A stretch of DNA of 64,000 nt, taken from the NCBI GenBank assembly GCA_951406725.2, contig OX597826.1:20584001-20648000 (forward strand), written 5' to 3'. The notes beneath the pieces were generated by a model that worked only from the letters and a program-made list of their open reading frames with translations, searched no databases and had not been told where the DNA came from. A program made the translations under genes and the position numbers. How positions within the stretch are numbered: position 1 is the stretch's first letter; the number at the start of each line of letters is the position of its first letter. The stretch comes from Octopus vulgaris. Its lineage: Eukaryota. This document shows, in pieces, positions 1 to 11,289 of this stretch.

Positions 1-205
1 CACCACCACCACCATCACCACCAACACCAACACCACCACCACCAACACCATCAGCACATACAATACCAACATCACCAGCATAAACACCACCACATCCTCC
101 ACAAACACTAGCGATAGCCACACAACTCCTCAGACCCCCACTACATCATCACTACTACACCCGCATCCACCGCAAACGCTACTGCAAACGCGAACACCAC
201 CGCCA
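1..205. repeat. Degenerate (ACC)n-like low-complexity tract
   Basis: CACCACCACC... decaying into ACN triplets. Confidence 0.7.
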
Positions 206-239
206 TTGTTATTAACGAAGGGCCTTTGTCCGTCTAGAA

Positions 240-480
240 ACTGCTAGAAATAGAGGCGATTTCCCCTCAAATTGCACTCTAGTGGATTAAAAAAAGAATC
301 ACATATTGAATAACATTGTCCTGTCTACACACAGCCTGAATGACACATCAACTAACATAAGCCTAGATACCTAATGTCTGAAGAACATAATATATTCCAA
401 CGAAAAGACGGTATGGCCACGATTGGAATGTCCTTAACCCTAAGCCTGCTCATTCAGGTCAAATCAGTTACCCAAACACT
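240..480 (+). mobile_element. Old dispersed repeat (family D), degenerate copy
   Basis: Motif TAGAAATAG..TCCCCTCAAATTGCAC..ggaatgtc recurs at ~2415-2610, ~24655-24790 and ~48470-48650 (+), and partly in reverse at ~28100, ~42480 and ~50915. Confidence 0.45.
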
Positions 481-572
481 AAAGTCATATAAAAACAGCT
501 ACTCAACGAAGATGATCAGCAAATTATAAGAGATACATACATATATACATTTGCACACACATATTTCTACAT

Positions 573-617
<45 letters not shown>

Positions 618-776
618 GCACAAACACACACATTTATACATATACATTTCATATAGTGCTACTTCCTTCGCGACCATTTTCGAAGTAATCATTCTAGAGC
701 GAAACATGTGCCTCTGAACACCGTAGGTCTATCAGGCATTACATTAGTTATATAACCTGTTTTGTTCGTATGATCG

Positions 777-823
<47 letters not shown>

Positions 824-1259
824 CATATATGCACGTGTCTATGTGTGTTTATACGTATATTTATGTGTGTGTGTGTGTGTGTGTGTAGCCTGGAATGTTG
901 TCCTACACTCTACCAAATTTGCCATCGCCTTTTCATAATCTGAATAAAGATAGAATAGCATGATAGAAATAACGGACATTAATCTCTCACATTGGCGTCA
1001 AAAAAGAAAGAAAGCAAGAAAAAATAACGTAGTAATGTATGTGTTTCTGTGTGCATATCTATCTGTCTGTTTCTATCTACTTTCTCTCACTCGCTTGCTC
1101 TTTTTCTCTCCCCCTCTCTCTTTGTATGTACGCACACATATACATACACACACACACACAACCACATACGTATCATTGCTAATGTAAGCACATCAACACA
1201 CACACATTCTTTGTTTTGTCCTGTACTGTTCATAATTTTTTTCTTAATGTAAATCCTTA

Positions 1260-1310
<51 letters not shown>

Positions 1311-1316
1311 TAAGAT

Positions 1317-1533
1317 GGCGAGCTGGCAGAACCGTTAGCGCGCCGGACGAAATGCTTAGGGGTATTTCGCCCGTCACTATGTTCTGAGTTCAAATTCCCC
1401 AGGTTGATTTTGCCTTTCATCCTTTAGGGGTCGATAAATTAAGTACTAGTGAAACACTGGGGTCGATATAATCGACTGGGTCCCGCCCCCAAAGTTTCAG
1501 GCCTCGTGCCTTTTGTAGAAAGGATTATTATTA
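1317..1533 (+). mobile_element. tRNA-derived SINE family A (Nin/Deu-like core), (TTA)n tail
   Basis: GGCGAGCTGGCAGAA A-box-like head, GAGTTCAAATTCC B-box, core TTGCCTTTCATCCTT..GGGGTCGATAAATTAAGTAC; preceded by (TTA)n at 1258-1310. Confidence 0.85.
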
Positions 1534-1534
1534 T

Positions 1535-1745
1535 GGTTGCGAGCAAGCAGAATCTTTAGAAGTGTTCCGACCATCTTTACTTTCTGAGTTCGAATCCCGC
1601 TGAGGTTGACTTCTTTGCTTTTCATCCTTTCGTCCTTTCGGGGTCGATTAAATAAGTACCAGTTGAACACTGGGGATCTGTGTAATCGACTCCACCTTTC
1701 CTCGAAATTTCAGGTCTTGTGACTGTAGCAGAAAGAATTATTATC
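1535..1745 (+). mobile_element. SINE family A, diverged tandem copy
   Basis: TTCTGAGTTCGAATCCCGCTGAGGTTGAC...CTTTCGGGGTCGATTAAATAAGTACCAG. Confidence 0.75.
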
Positions 1746-2037
1746 AAAAGAAAGACTGAGTTAATTCCGATTTCCTCTTTACCGTTTTCAAAAATGGTTT
1801 CACTTGGCGCACCTTCAGTAGACTCCGTTACAAATATTTGGATTAAGTTTCGGATCCGACAATAGCAACTTCCCTCCACATCCCTTGTCTCAGAGGTCCC
1901 TGAAAGAGTTACGGAGCTGCTGCGCTTCTCCGACTAAATGGTAAAAAGTGTCATGGCGGTAATGCTATCTTCTTCTGAAGAGTGTAGGATTAAGTGGTGG
2001 GTAATTTAAGACTTTTAGCCCCGTGTGCCATTGTGAC

Positions 2038-2258
2038 AATACTGGCTTCAAGTTTTGTCACAAGGCCAGCAATTTCGGGGGGAGGGGTAAGTCAATTATA
2101 TCGACCCCAGTCCTCAACTGGGACTTATTTTATCGACCCCGGAAGGATAAAAGACAAAGTCGACCTCGACGGAGTTTGAACTCAGAACGTAAAGACGGAC
2201 GAAATGCTGCTAAGCCTTTTATCCGGTGTGCTAACGCTTCTGTCATTTCGCAGCCTCA
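2038..2258 (-). mobile_element. SINE family A
   Basis: Reverse complement of family A (TATCGACCCC..AAAGTCGACCTCG..TTTGAACTCAGAACG). Confidence 0.8.
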
Positions 2259-2740
2259 TGGGGACATCATATTGGACTCTCTTTCATTAAGTGCAATGAT
2301 GTGACATTTTAGTAGAAAGGAGAAATTGGAATCCGTGGCGTTTATGATGTTTGTCGTGAGATTCTTTTGACACATTAAAGAAGAATCAACATTGGCGAAT
2401 TTATGTAGTCGCTTAACTTGTTAGAAATAGCAACCAATCTCCCTCAAATTGCACTTTGGCGTCTTATACACAGGAAGAACAAAATTGTATAATCTAGTTC
2501 TAAATACATTGTGTTTGAAATGAATGACAGATTAGCCACGGGTGGAATGTCTTTAATCACAAAGTCTGATCAATTGTGGGTGGGAGGCGGCGCCAATAAA
2601 CAACAACTGCTAAATCCCGGAGAAGTTTAATACTTGGCATCTGTCTCCAATATCTCTTGGTGAAGAAAGAAAAACAAACATTATTGAATGAAAGAATTAA
2701 AGATTAAAAGAACAAGTTAATCTATTTTTATAGCAATATT

Positions 2741-2890
<150 letters not shown>

Positions 2891-3479
2891 TAAACTAACC
2901 ATTATGTTATGTCTTACGCATGACTTCGCCATTGCTAAAACGTCGACGATTAAAAATATATTTTATAACGACATAAAAAACCCCAACCATTTACTGATTT
3001 CCAGGTATAACCTTAAATGGAGATGTCTTTCGTCTGGAAACAAACATATTTTCTATTCTTTTTCTGTGAGTGTTTGTCTTCAAATGTTGCTGCTTCGACT
3101 GCTGTTCTATAATTGTACTGGCGTTTCTGCATGCTTAACATTTTCGAAAAGTTTGCAACAACAGATCTTTCATTGTCTTCTACTCTAAATATGTTTCCCC
3201 ATAACGAATGTTTGTGGCTGGGCATTATGGATGGTTGTTGGGGGCAGCACAACGCGTCTGGAAACCGAAAACAGAACAAGTAGTCATAATTGATCTTTAG
3301 ATATCACAGCTCCTACCTAACTACACGGCATACATCTCACATCAAACAAAGGGCCACTTTATTTTAGCCGAATACATTTCACTTCTTCGTGGTCAGGCAT
3401 GTTTATAGATTTATAAAATCAACGTATATAAACACACATAAATATATGTGTATTATATATATATGTGTGTATGTGTGTA

Positions 3480-3511
<32 letters not shown>

Positions 3512-4246
3512 TGTGTGTGTGTGATTATATGTATGCATGTCTCTGTGTGCGTAAATTTGTTTAATTTTCTTTATATAAACAGTCTTACCTCTAAATTTAT
3601 GATATACGAGTATGCGAATATATATATATATATATATATATACATACACACACATACACGCACAAACATATATGGAAAGCGAGAAAGAGGAGAGGGGGAG
3701 GAAGAGAGAGAGTTGTAGAAAATAAACAAAGACAACTTTCCATCCATCTCTAATCAATATCTCTTACTTAATTAGTTAATTAGGGCGACAAAAATCTTTT
3801 GTCCTTTTGGTTATTTTATGTTACCGGGGTTGAAAACCTTTCATACTTTCAGCCATGTCACTTCATTTTGCAAGTTTAGAGTAACTTGCTTTAAAATCCG
3901 AAGCAGTACTAGTAATTAAACGGTGTCCCTGATCTGAAATTCATTTCGTGTTGAATTTAGTAACTATTAAAAATACTGCGGAATAAAAGTTATTTCCGGT
4001 ATTCTAATTAGTGAAATTAAGTTGAGCATTCATTAAAACCGATTTCTTATGAATGGGAAAGAAATGTGAAGGCAAAGCGTCATTGTTCTCATCTGCGCTT
4101 GTTGGCGGTTATATTAAAAGATGTTCACTTAATAAATCGGTTGTACTAAATATATTCAAATTTGTTTTCAAAAAACTGGCCAGTGTTCTCAAAATATCTC
4201 TGTTCTAATAAGTGTGAACACTTTGATTCTTCTTGACGATAGTATT

Positions 4247-4295
<49 letters not shown>

Positions 4296-4429
4296 ACACA
4301 CACACACACAACAATACAATGAACTAGTTTATCCTTTTCGCATAACATTACAAAATATACGCTATTGTTAGGAGGTGCTCCATTACACGCTATATTTAGG
4401 ATGGAGATTTTTTTCCCTCTGTATTTACG

Positions 4430-4460
<31 letters not shown>

Positions 4461-4610
4461 TATTTATTCTTTATTTTTACAGACCTTATTCTTTATCTTT
4501 TAGTGTTTATTAATGCTTTATTTTTTATTGCATATACATACTTACACACACATACACACACACGCACATATATATGGTGGTTGTCTACTCTTTATATATA
4601 TATATATATA

Positions 4611-4643
<33 letters not shown>

Positions 4644-4655
4644 TTATATACATAC

Positions 4656-4707
<52 letters not shown>

Positions 4708-5630
4708 GTGTGTCTGCATCCAGACACACAGTTATATTAAAAATCTGTTATTGAGTTCAATTTCCTTCATGTAAATTGTTAAGTTTTTCCCACATGATTC
4801 AAGGGAGACTGTACACTTTTCTACTCAGCAATATTAACAAACAAACGCTTTTACATTATTTCTTGGCGATATTTTTAATCTCTTTATCATTAAACAGTAA
4901 CATGGCGACAGATTTTTATTTTGTTAGATATTTTTCTTCCAATAATACTGTACGAAACAACCTAACGGGGAGCCTACAACTTACTAGAAGTAGCAACCAA
5001 AGCTCCCTTAAGTTATTTATACCTTACTATCTTAAAGACGAAAGAGACACTGGATAATAGGGTCCTAGATGGACTATGACTGAATAAAAGAGAGGATAGT
5101 TCGGGACAGGCGGAAATTTCGCTGAAACTGGCAGAAACTGCTTACAGAACTTTGAAGTTTAAATGTGCGCGCGTCTCGTAATTGCAGATTTACTCTTTCT
5201 CTGTTTTGATACCGTTGCCAGAAGATTTGGAATGGAAATAAAGGCTGAAAAAAAAAGGGAAAATAATAATAATCAGTGAAATCAAAGGAGAAATAATGAA
5301 TCCAGTTGAAATTACAGTGAAAATGGTGGAAGTTGAATTTAAGACTTAGTAAGAATTTAAGTATTTCGGAAGAACAATAATGGAAGATGAGAGATGAAAG
5401 AAAGAAGATTCCAGTTTTCAGCAACGAGAATGGTTTTAGAAAAGTTAGAAACCTAAAAAAGAAAGGAATGATTATAATCATAACAAAATTTCGATTCTTC
5501 TAGAGTAATGGTAATCGTATGAATGCGAATATTGGATGAGAAATGTAGCCAGTGAAACTAAATATAGCATGGCCGTTGTAATGAAAAGTCGATAAAAGAT
5601 ATTAGACGTTCTTTATAGAGAACACTGAAC

Positions 5631-5738
<108 letters not shown>

Positions 5739-6209
5739 GGTACTGAACTAACCTGAGAGCTTGGAAAGAAATCGTTGAGAAGATTGCAAAGTGGAAAACT
5801 AATTTGCCTATTATTAAAAGATGAGGAAATAAAAGGGTTTGGTTATGTCACATGACACCTTTAAGGAATATACAAAAACCAGAATCAAGGAATGGACAGG
5901 CAAAAAAATGGGGAAAATCCAGAAGTTGGTTCATAATCAGGAAACCTGGTGAAAGGCATTTGTTGGAAACCTACAGATTTTTTAGGTTAGAAATTGACAT
6001 GGAGAAGCTAAAATATATATCTGTCGTTATGTTTGCTGTTTGTGTACTTACGATCTTTTTTACGTTACAGATGGGGATTGAATTATCAATTTTATTAGAT
6101 GCATTGATTGAATTTGAGACTAAATTAAGTGGAAATAAAATGTTGTAACATTTATGTTTGTCCCTTAAAATTTGCTAATATCCAGGGTTATGAAATAACT
6201 AGCAACGTT

Positions 6210-6287
<78 letters not shown>

Positions 6288-6288
<1 letters not shown>

Positions 6289-6957
6289 CACGTTCCGTAG
6301 ACCGTGCATCTGCTCTCTCCCTCCGAACCCGCCCTACAGTCTCCCGCCTCCCTTTTCCCCTCACTTACCACCCCACCACCCTACCTCTCCAACGCACCAT
6401 TCTTCGAGCTTTCCGGCATCTCCAGTCCGACCCGTCCACTTCCCACCTCTTCCCTAACCGACCCCTCCCCTCCTTCGAACGAGCCCATAACCTACGACAC
6501 CTCTTGGTCCACAGCTTCTTCCCCAACCCTACCTCCCAACCTGGCTCGTTCCCCTGCTCCCGCCCACGCTGCCGCACTTGCTCTTACCTCTCCAACACCA
6601 CCCTCCTCACCGGCACCCATCATCGACCCTATCGCATCATCGACTCCTTTCACCTGCACCTCCAGCAATATCATCTATTGCATCTCCTGCTCTCTCTGCC
6701 ATTCCCTGTACATCAGACAAACGGGACGCCGTTTGGCTGACCGGTTCGCGGAACACCTCCGAGACATCCGCCTCGTCAATGACACTCCAGTCTCACGCCA
6801 TTTCCGCTCCACCGGTCACTCCTTGCAACACCTGTCTGTGTTCGGATTGTCCTTGCACAGAGGCCATCCGGATTCCCGCTTGCGCCGTGAACAGGGATTA
6901 ATCTTCTATCTTCGCTCTTTTACGCCATTTGGGCTCAACTCCCCCCTTTTCATCTAA
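6288..6957 (+). mobile_element. Penelope-like element 3' fragment (Neptune-type Cys linker + GIY-YIG endonuclease), frameshifted
   Basis: Frame of ORF 6129-6740 gives PLTYHP...RAHNLRHLLVHS...PCSRPRCRTC. After a frameshift near 6650 the frame of ORF 6304-6957 gives TCTSSNIIYCISCSLCHSLYIRQTGRRLADRFAEH...VSRHF...REQGLI...PFGLN, the typical PLE GIY-YIG C-terminus. Confidence 0.9.
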
Positions 6958-7620
6958 CCTCCTCCCCGACTCCTACTTCTCTTCACTCCTACATCTTTTC
7001 ACCCCTACTCTCTTTCCCTCTTCTTCCCTTCTTTCCCTTCTTCCCCCTTCTCCCCTCTTCTCCCTCTTCTTCTCTCTTCTTCCCTCTTCCCCTTCTCTCT
7101 TTCTCTCTGGTCCCTCACTCCGCTTCTCTCCCCCTCCCTCCCTCCTCCCCCTCCCCTCCTCCTCTCATATCTCCCTCCGCTTCCTCCTCGTCTTCCCCAC
7201 TCTCCCTCCGCCTCCTCCACCTCCGCCTCCGCCTCCCTCCCCTCCCCTCTATTCTCTCCCCATCTCACTCTCCCCATCTCCCGCCCCCTCTCTTCTCTCC
7301 TTATCTCCTCCTCTCTCTCCTCATATACCCACCTTCCCCTCCCCCATAAACTCACCCACCCCTACTCCACCTTCCCTATCATTCCTACCCCCTTCCCCCA
7401 CTCTACCCCATCCCCTTCCCCATATACCTCACCTCTAACCCCACCCTCTACCTACCCACAACCCCCACTTTACCCCAACCCCCAGCCGAATCCACACCCC
7501 ACTCTCACCTCCCCACCTCCCCACAACATCACACCACACTACACTACACCATACAACATTATACATCACATCACAACACACCACCCACCCACAGCACACC
7601 GCCCACATACCCATCCCCAC
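6958..7620. repeat. C-rich polypyrimidine low-complexity tract
   Basis: Almost purely C/T to ~7330, then CA-rich; G-runs on the minus strand. Confidence 0.85.
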
Positions 7621-7657
7621 ATCTTTTTCTCTCTCTATCTCTCTTTATATATGTATG

Positions 7658-7716
<59 letters not shown>

Positions 7717-7719
<3 letters not shown>

Positions 7720-8262
7720 AGGTCACTTTCGAGTGCTACTGGTAACATGTAACCCAGTACAACCTGTTGCATGGTCAAGTCGTCGGCGACTAAACCGGCT
7801 ACCCCACCAACCTTGCTTGGTGAGGAGGGCGTTTATTGGACACCCTGCGGGATGAAAAACAAAACCCATCAAAGGGCGGAGGAACTCTTGAGAGTCAACG
7901 GCCATCCAATAAATGTCTTAAGGCTGTATCATGCACGGGGACAGAAATAATCGGACTGAATACCCGATCGCGCGGTTAAACCATTGGGAGTGAAGGACTC
8001 CTAGCCTTTGTTAGGGCATCCTTCTAGGAGAAGGTAACTCAGGTAACTGGGATAACTCCGACATAAAACCTGTGGCTCAGTGGTTACCGATGATGTTGAC
8101 TTGTTCTTCTTTTCAGATTATGGCTGCAGTTGCTTAGTTTGTGGGATTGACTCAGTGCACAGCCTTTCCTCACTTAAAAAAAAATCTTCTTGCACAGACA
8201 TTGCACGATAACAACATTGATTAAGCAATGGCCATACTCGATAACGAGGGGGCAGCCACCAT
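7717..8262 (+). mobile_element. Non-autonomous structured element (family C), RTE-5'UTR-like; internally deleted copy
   Basis: Near-identical to 33375-34032; both ends abut (TA)n; motif GGGCATCCTTCTAGGAGAAGGTAACTC resembles RTE LINE 5' UTRs (from recall, not a search). Confidence 0.75.
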
Positions 8263-8350
8263 ATATATATATATATTTGTGTGTGTGTATGTGTGTGTGT
8301 GTGTGTGTATGTGTGTGTGTGTACACATATAAATACATACAAACACACCT

Positions 8351-8403
8351 AAAGGTGGTGCCCCAGCATGGCCACAGTCAAATGACTAAAACAAGTAAAA
8401 GAG
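8351..8403 (+). mobile_element. Isolated 3' tail of SINE family B
   Basis: AAGGTGGTGCCCCAGCATGGCCACAGTCAAATGACTAAAACAAGTAAAAGAG matches 15441-15492. Confidence 0.8.
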
Positions 8404-9124
8404 ATATAAAATATACATATGCTGATAGCGATACCATAAAACCACGTCTGATACTATTCCAACTTTTCTCATGTCGTTCTGATATATTCAATATTAATTT
8501 AAGTTTTCTAGTCTCCAACTTGCCCCCCCCCCTCACTTACATTGTCTGCATCTAATTATATTTGTTGCAAAATTAATTAAAACAACTAATCAACAACGCT
8601 ATCGATATTAGAGAATTTTGTTGTGTGCTGCGCGGACAGAATTGGTAGAGCATCAGACAAAATGACTTTACGTAACATTTACGTTTCTGAAGCTTCTCAA
8701 TAGAAATACCATGGGGATGATTTATCTTTTCTGGGGCCAATAAAATAAAGGACCAGTCACATTCTCTCGTCGATTTAGCTGACTACCCAACAGGGGTCTT
8801 TGCAATGTAATCGAGATCCTCCTCCCTCCCTACACGCCCCTCCCTTTTTCTCTCTTTACACACACACACACACACGCATACATATACATACATACATACA
8901 TACATACACACACACGCATACATATACATACATACATACATACATACATACACACACACGCATACATATACATACATATATACATACATATATATTTAAC
9001 CTATATATATTATTGTTCCTGAGTCATATTGGGTGAGAAGAAAGTGTATGTTGAGCAGGTGTCTTTTTAACACATATATTATGGCTTTGTGTATATATAT
9101 ATATATGTGCGTGTGTGTGTGTGA

Positions 9125-9295
9125 TGTGTGCTTTCTTTTTTATTCTCTGTTTATTTCCTCGTGTTCCTTGCTGTTGAAGAGCGTAGGCTCGAAACATAAA
9201 AGACTTTCTACCTTCCCGAGCGTCAATCTGATATACCTGCTCGTTGTTTATACACCTGTCGCCGTCTTTTGTTTTTCTGTAAATTTCAACTAGAT
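9125..9295 (+). mobile_element. Penelope-type terminal repeat remnant with degenerate hammerhead motif
   Basis: CTGTTGA-A-GAGC-GTAG-GCTC-GAAAC at 9171-9195; downstream TTCCCGAGCGTC shared with the element at 16028-16235. Confidence 0.55.
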
Positions 9296-11073
9296 GTGTG
9301 TATGTATTCACACACACATACATATTCCTTTACGAATTACAGCTAGAGAGCTGCAGCCATGCTGGGGCAACGCTGTTTAAGTTTATTATGTGTGTTTACG
9401 TGTATATATATGTGTGTGTACACAAACACACACACAAACATATATATATATGTATTGTACTGCTCGGTGATAGAATATTCAACAGAAAAAGTACTCCATC
9501 TGGTGAGAGATAAATATTATTTATTTAAAAGTCACAGTACATGTATTAAAGCGCTCCTAATAGTTTCATATGTTGAGGGAACTCAAACATATTCTTCAGG
9601 CGCAAACCACATATCATAACATTTGGCGCATGCATATATATATATATGCGTGTGTGTGTGTGTCTAATATATTGAACAGTGGATACTACGTGAACATTAA
9701 AACAAAAGAATGTGTCTACTTTCCCTTGTGTATGTAAGGGTGTGTGTATCTGAGTGCATATCAATGGATTTGAGCAAATATTTATGTATATCCACGTATG
9801 TGTTCATTGATATGGGCTTGCGCTGTAGATTCTTCTAGAGTATACTATACGTAAAATGGCCGCATACACATGTGTGTGTGTGTGTATGTGTGTGTGTGTT
9901 TGCATGTGTATCAGTGTGCGTGTGTGTGACGTGTAAATCTCAGTCAAGTTGGCTGCTGGAAATTAGATTACACTGTCGTTTAGGTTTCGATAAATCTTGC
10001 CATCGATGATAGCATTAAATAGATTGCTGAGAGGATGAACAACATGGCTGCCCGTACGCTTCCTGATTAAGTCGCTGCCGGTGACGGAGCAGACGAATGT
10101 TTTGTTTATTAAGCTCCATTGCCAATGTATCTTTTAGCAGCCAGTTCTGCTGAGCGACTTTCTCACTTGAAAAGATGTCGAGGGATTTCCAAGGCACTAA
10201 AGTGAAATCATCAAGTTAATCGCATCTACAAGGGAAGTCGGTAATTAGTGTTAGCAGACTTGATATTATCTGGTAATAAACTATTTATTTATCTCATTGA
10301 CACTTTTATACGAAGACACACAGATTCTTGTTGCTGAGACATCAGTTTCCAGTAATAGATCCGATGTTTTACAAGAGAGGAAAATAAAAACTAAAAATCA
10401 AATTCAATCCACGGGGAATCGAAGACATTCAATAAATGGCTGCAAGTTATGTTAGGAACAAATTATTTACTTTAAATATTGAGAATTTTTTTTTCTTTTT
10501 AAAGTTTTCTTTTTATTTTGTATAAATAAATGCTTTTAACATATTTGTGTGTAAATGATGATGGGATCTTCTTTAATAATAACACGGGAAACAGGGCAGG
10601 GTCCGTAGATATGGCTGTCTGGTTAAGACGTTCGTTTCATAACTACGCAGGTTCGAGTTTTTTCGACTTGTCACTTTGAGTGTGAAATTTGGTGAATGGA
10701 AACTGTACGGAAGCAAGTCGATTGACCACCCATTCTTGTTCCTGTTGTTTGATTCGAGACTTCATCTGTTAACAGCACCACTTGTCACTCTCTGCTGTTT
10801 TTAGCGGAGTTCAATCCGTTGCAAGAATTTGGGTCGCCCTTCAGTCTGAGGATAACTTTCGTCCTCTCTTTCTCCACCAATCTTGGAGGATCTGAAGAGT
10901 TATGGCTGCTGCTGCACATCCCCACTGAATCACTGATCAAAACAACAACAATTTATTAACAATGAAGTGTGTGCGCGCGTTGTCTGACGTGATGCTGCGA
11001 AGTCTATTGTACAAATCGAGTTCTCAATTCTAATGCCAAGTAGAGTGTCTTTGCTAATTCTTTTTTACATATG

Positions 11074-11135
11074 AAATCCTTCTGTTTCAGTAGTTCGCCC
11101 GAGATGGATTAGTAACCTACGTCATCAGAGGATTT
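11074..11135 (-). ncRNA. Degenerate type-I hammerhead ribozyme motif (cleavage triplet lost)
   Basis: Minus strand: AAATCCT-CTGATGA-C-GTAG...CTAC-T-GAAAC-AGA-AGGATTT; perfect 7-bp stem I, GTAG/CTAC stem II, no NUH triplet. Confidence 0.6.
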
Positions 11136-11289
11136 AAGTCAGATGTGTGTAATCCACGCATGCGTACGTTTGGCTTGCGTTAATTCACTCAGCGTCCCCG
11201 GGCAACAGACACATGTAGACAGACCAATACTTCTAAGAGACTGCCAAAGACATTACGTAGGGATTGGCTCATGAGGGAACCTGATCGAA

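Noticed and set aside
1-220. Thr-rich mucin-like reading
   Set aside because: Degenerate (ACC)n with a frame break; no start or splice support.
9950-10330. Possible host exon or conserved non-coding element
   Set aside because: Unique-looking sequence, but the 60-aa ORF has no recognisable domain and splice or conservation evidence cannot be established here.
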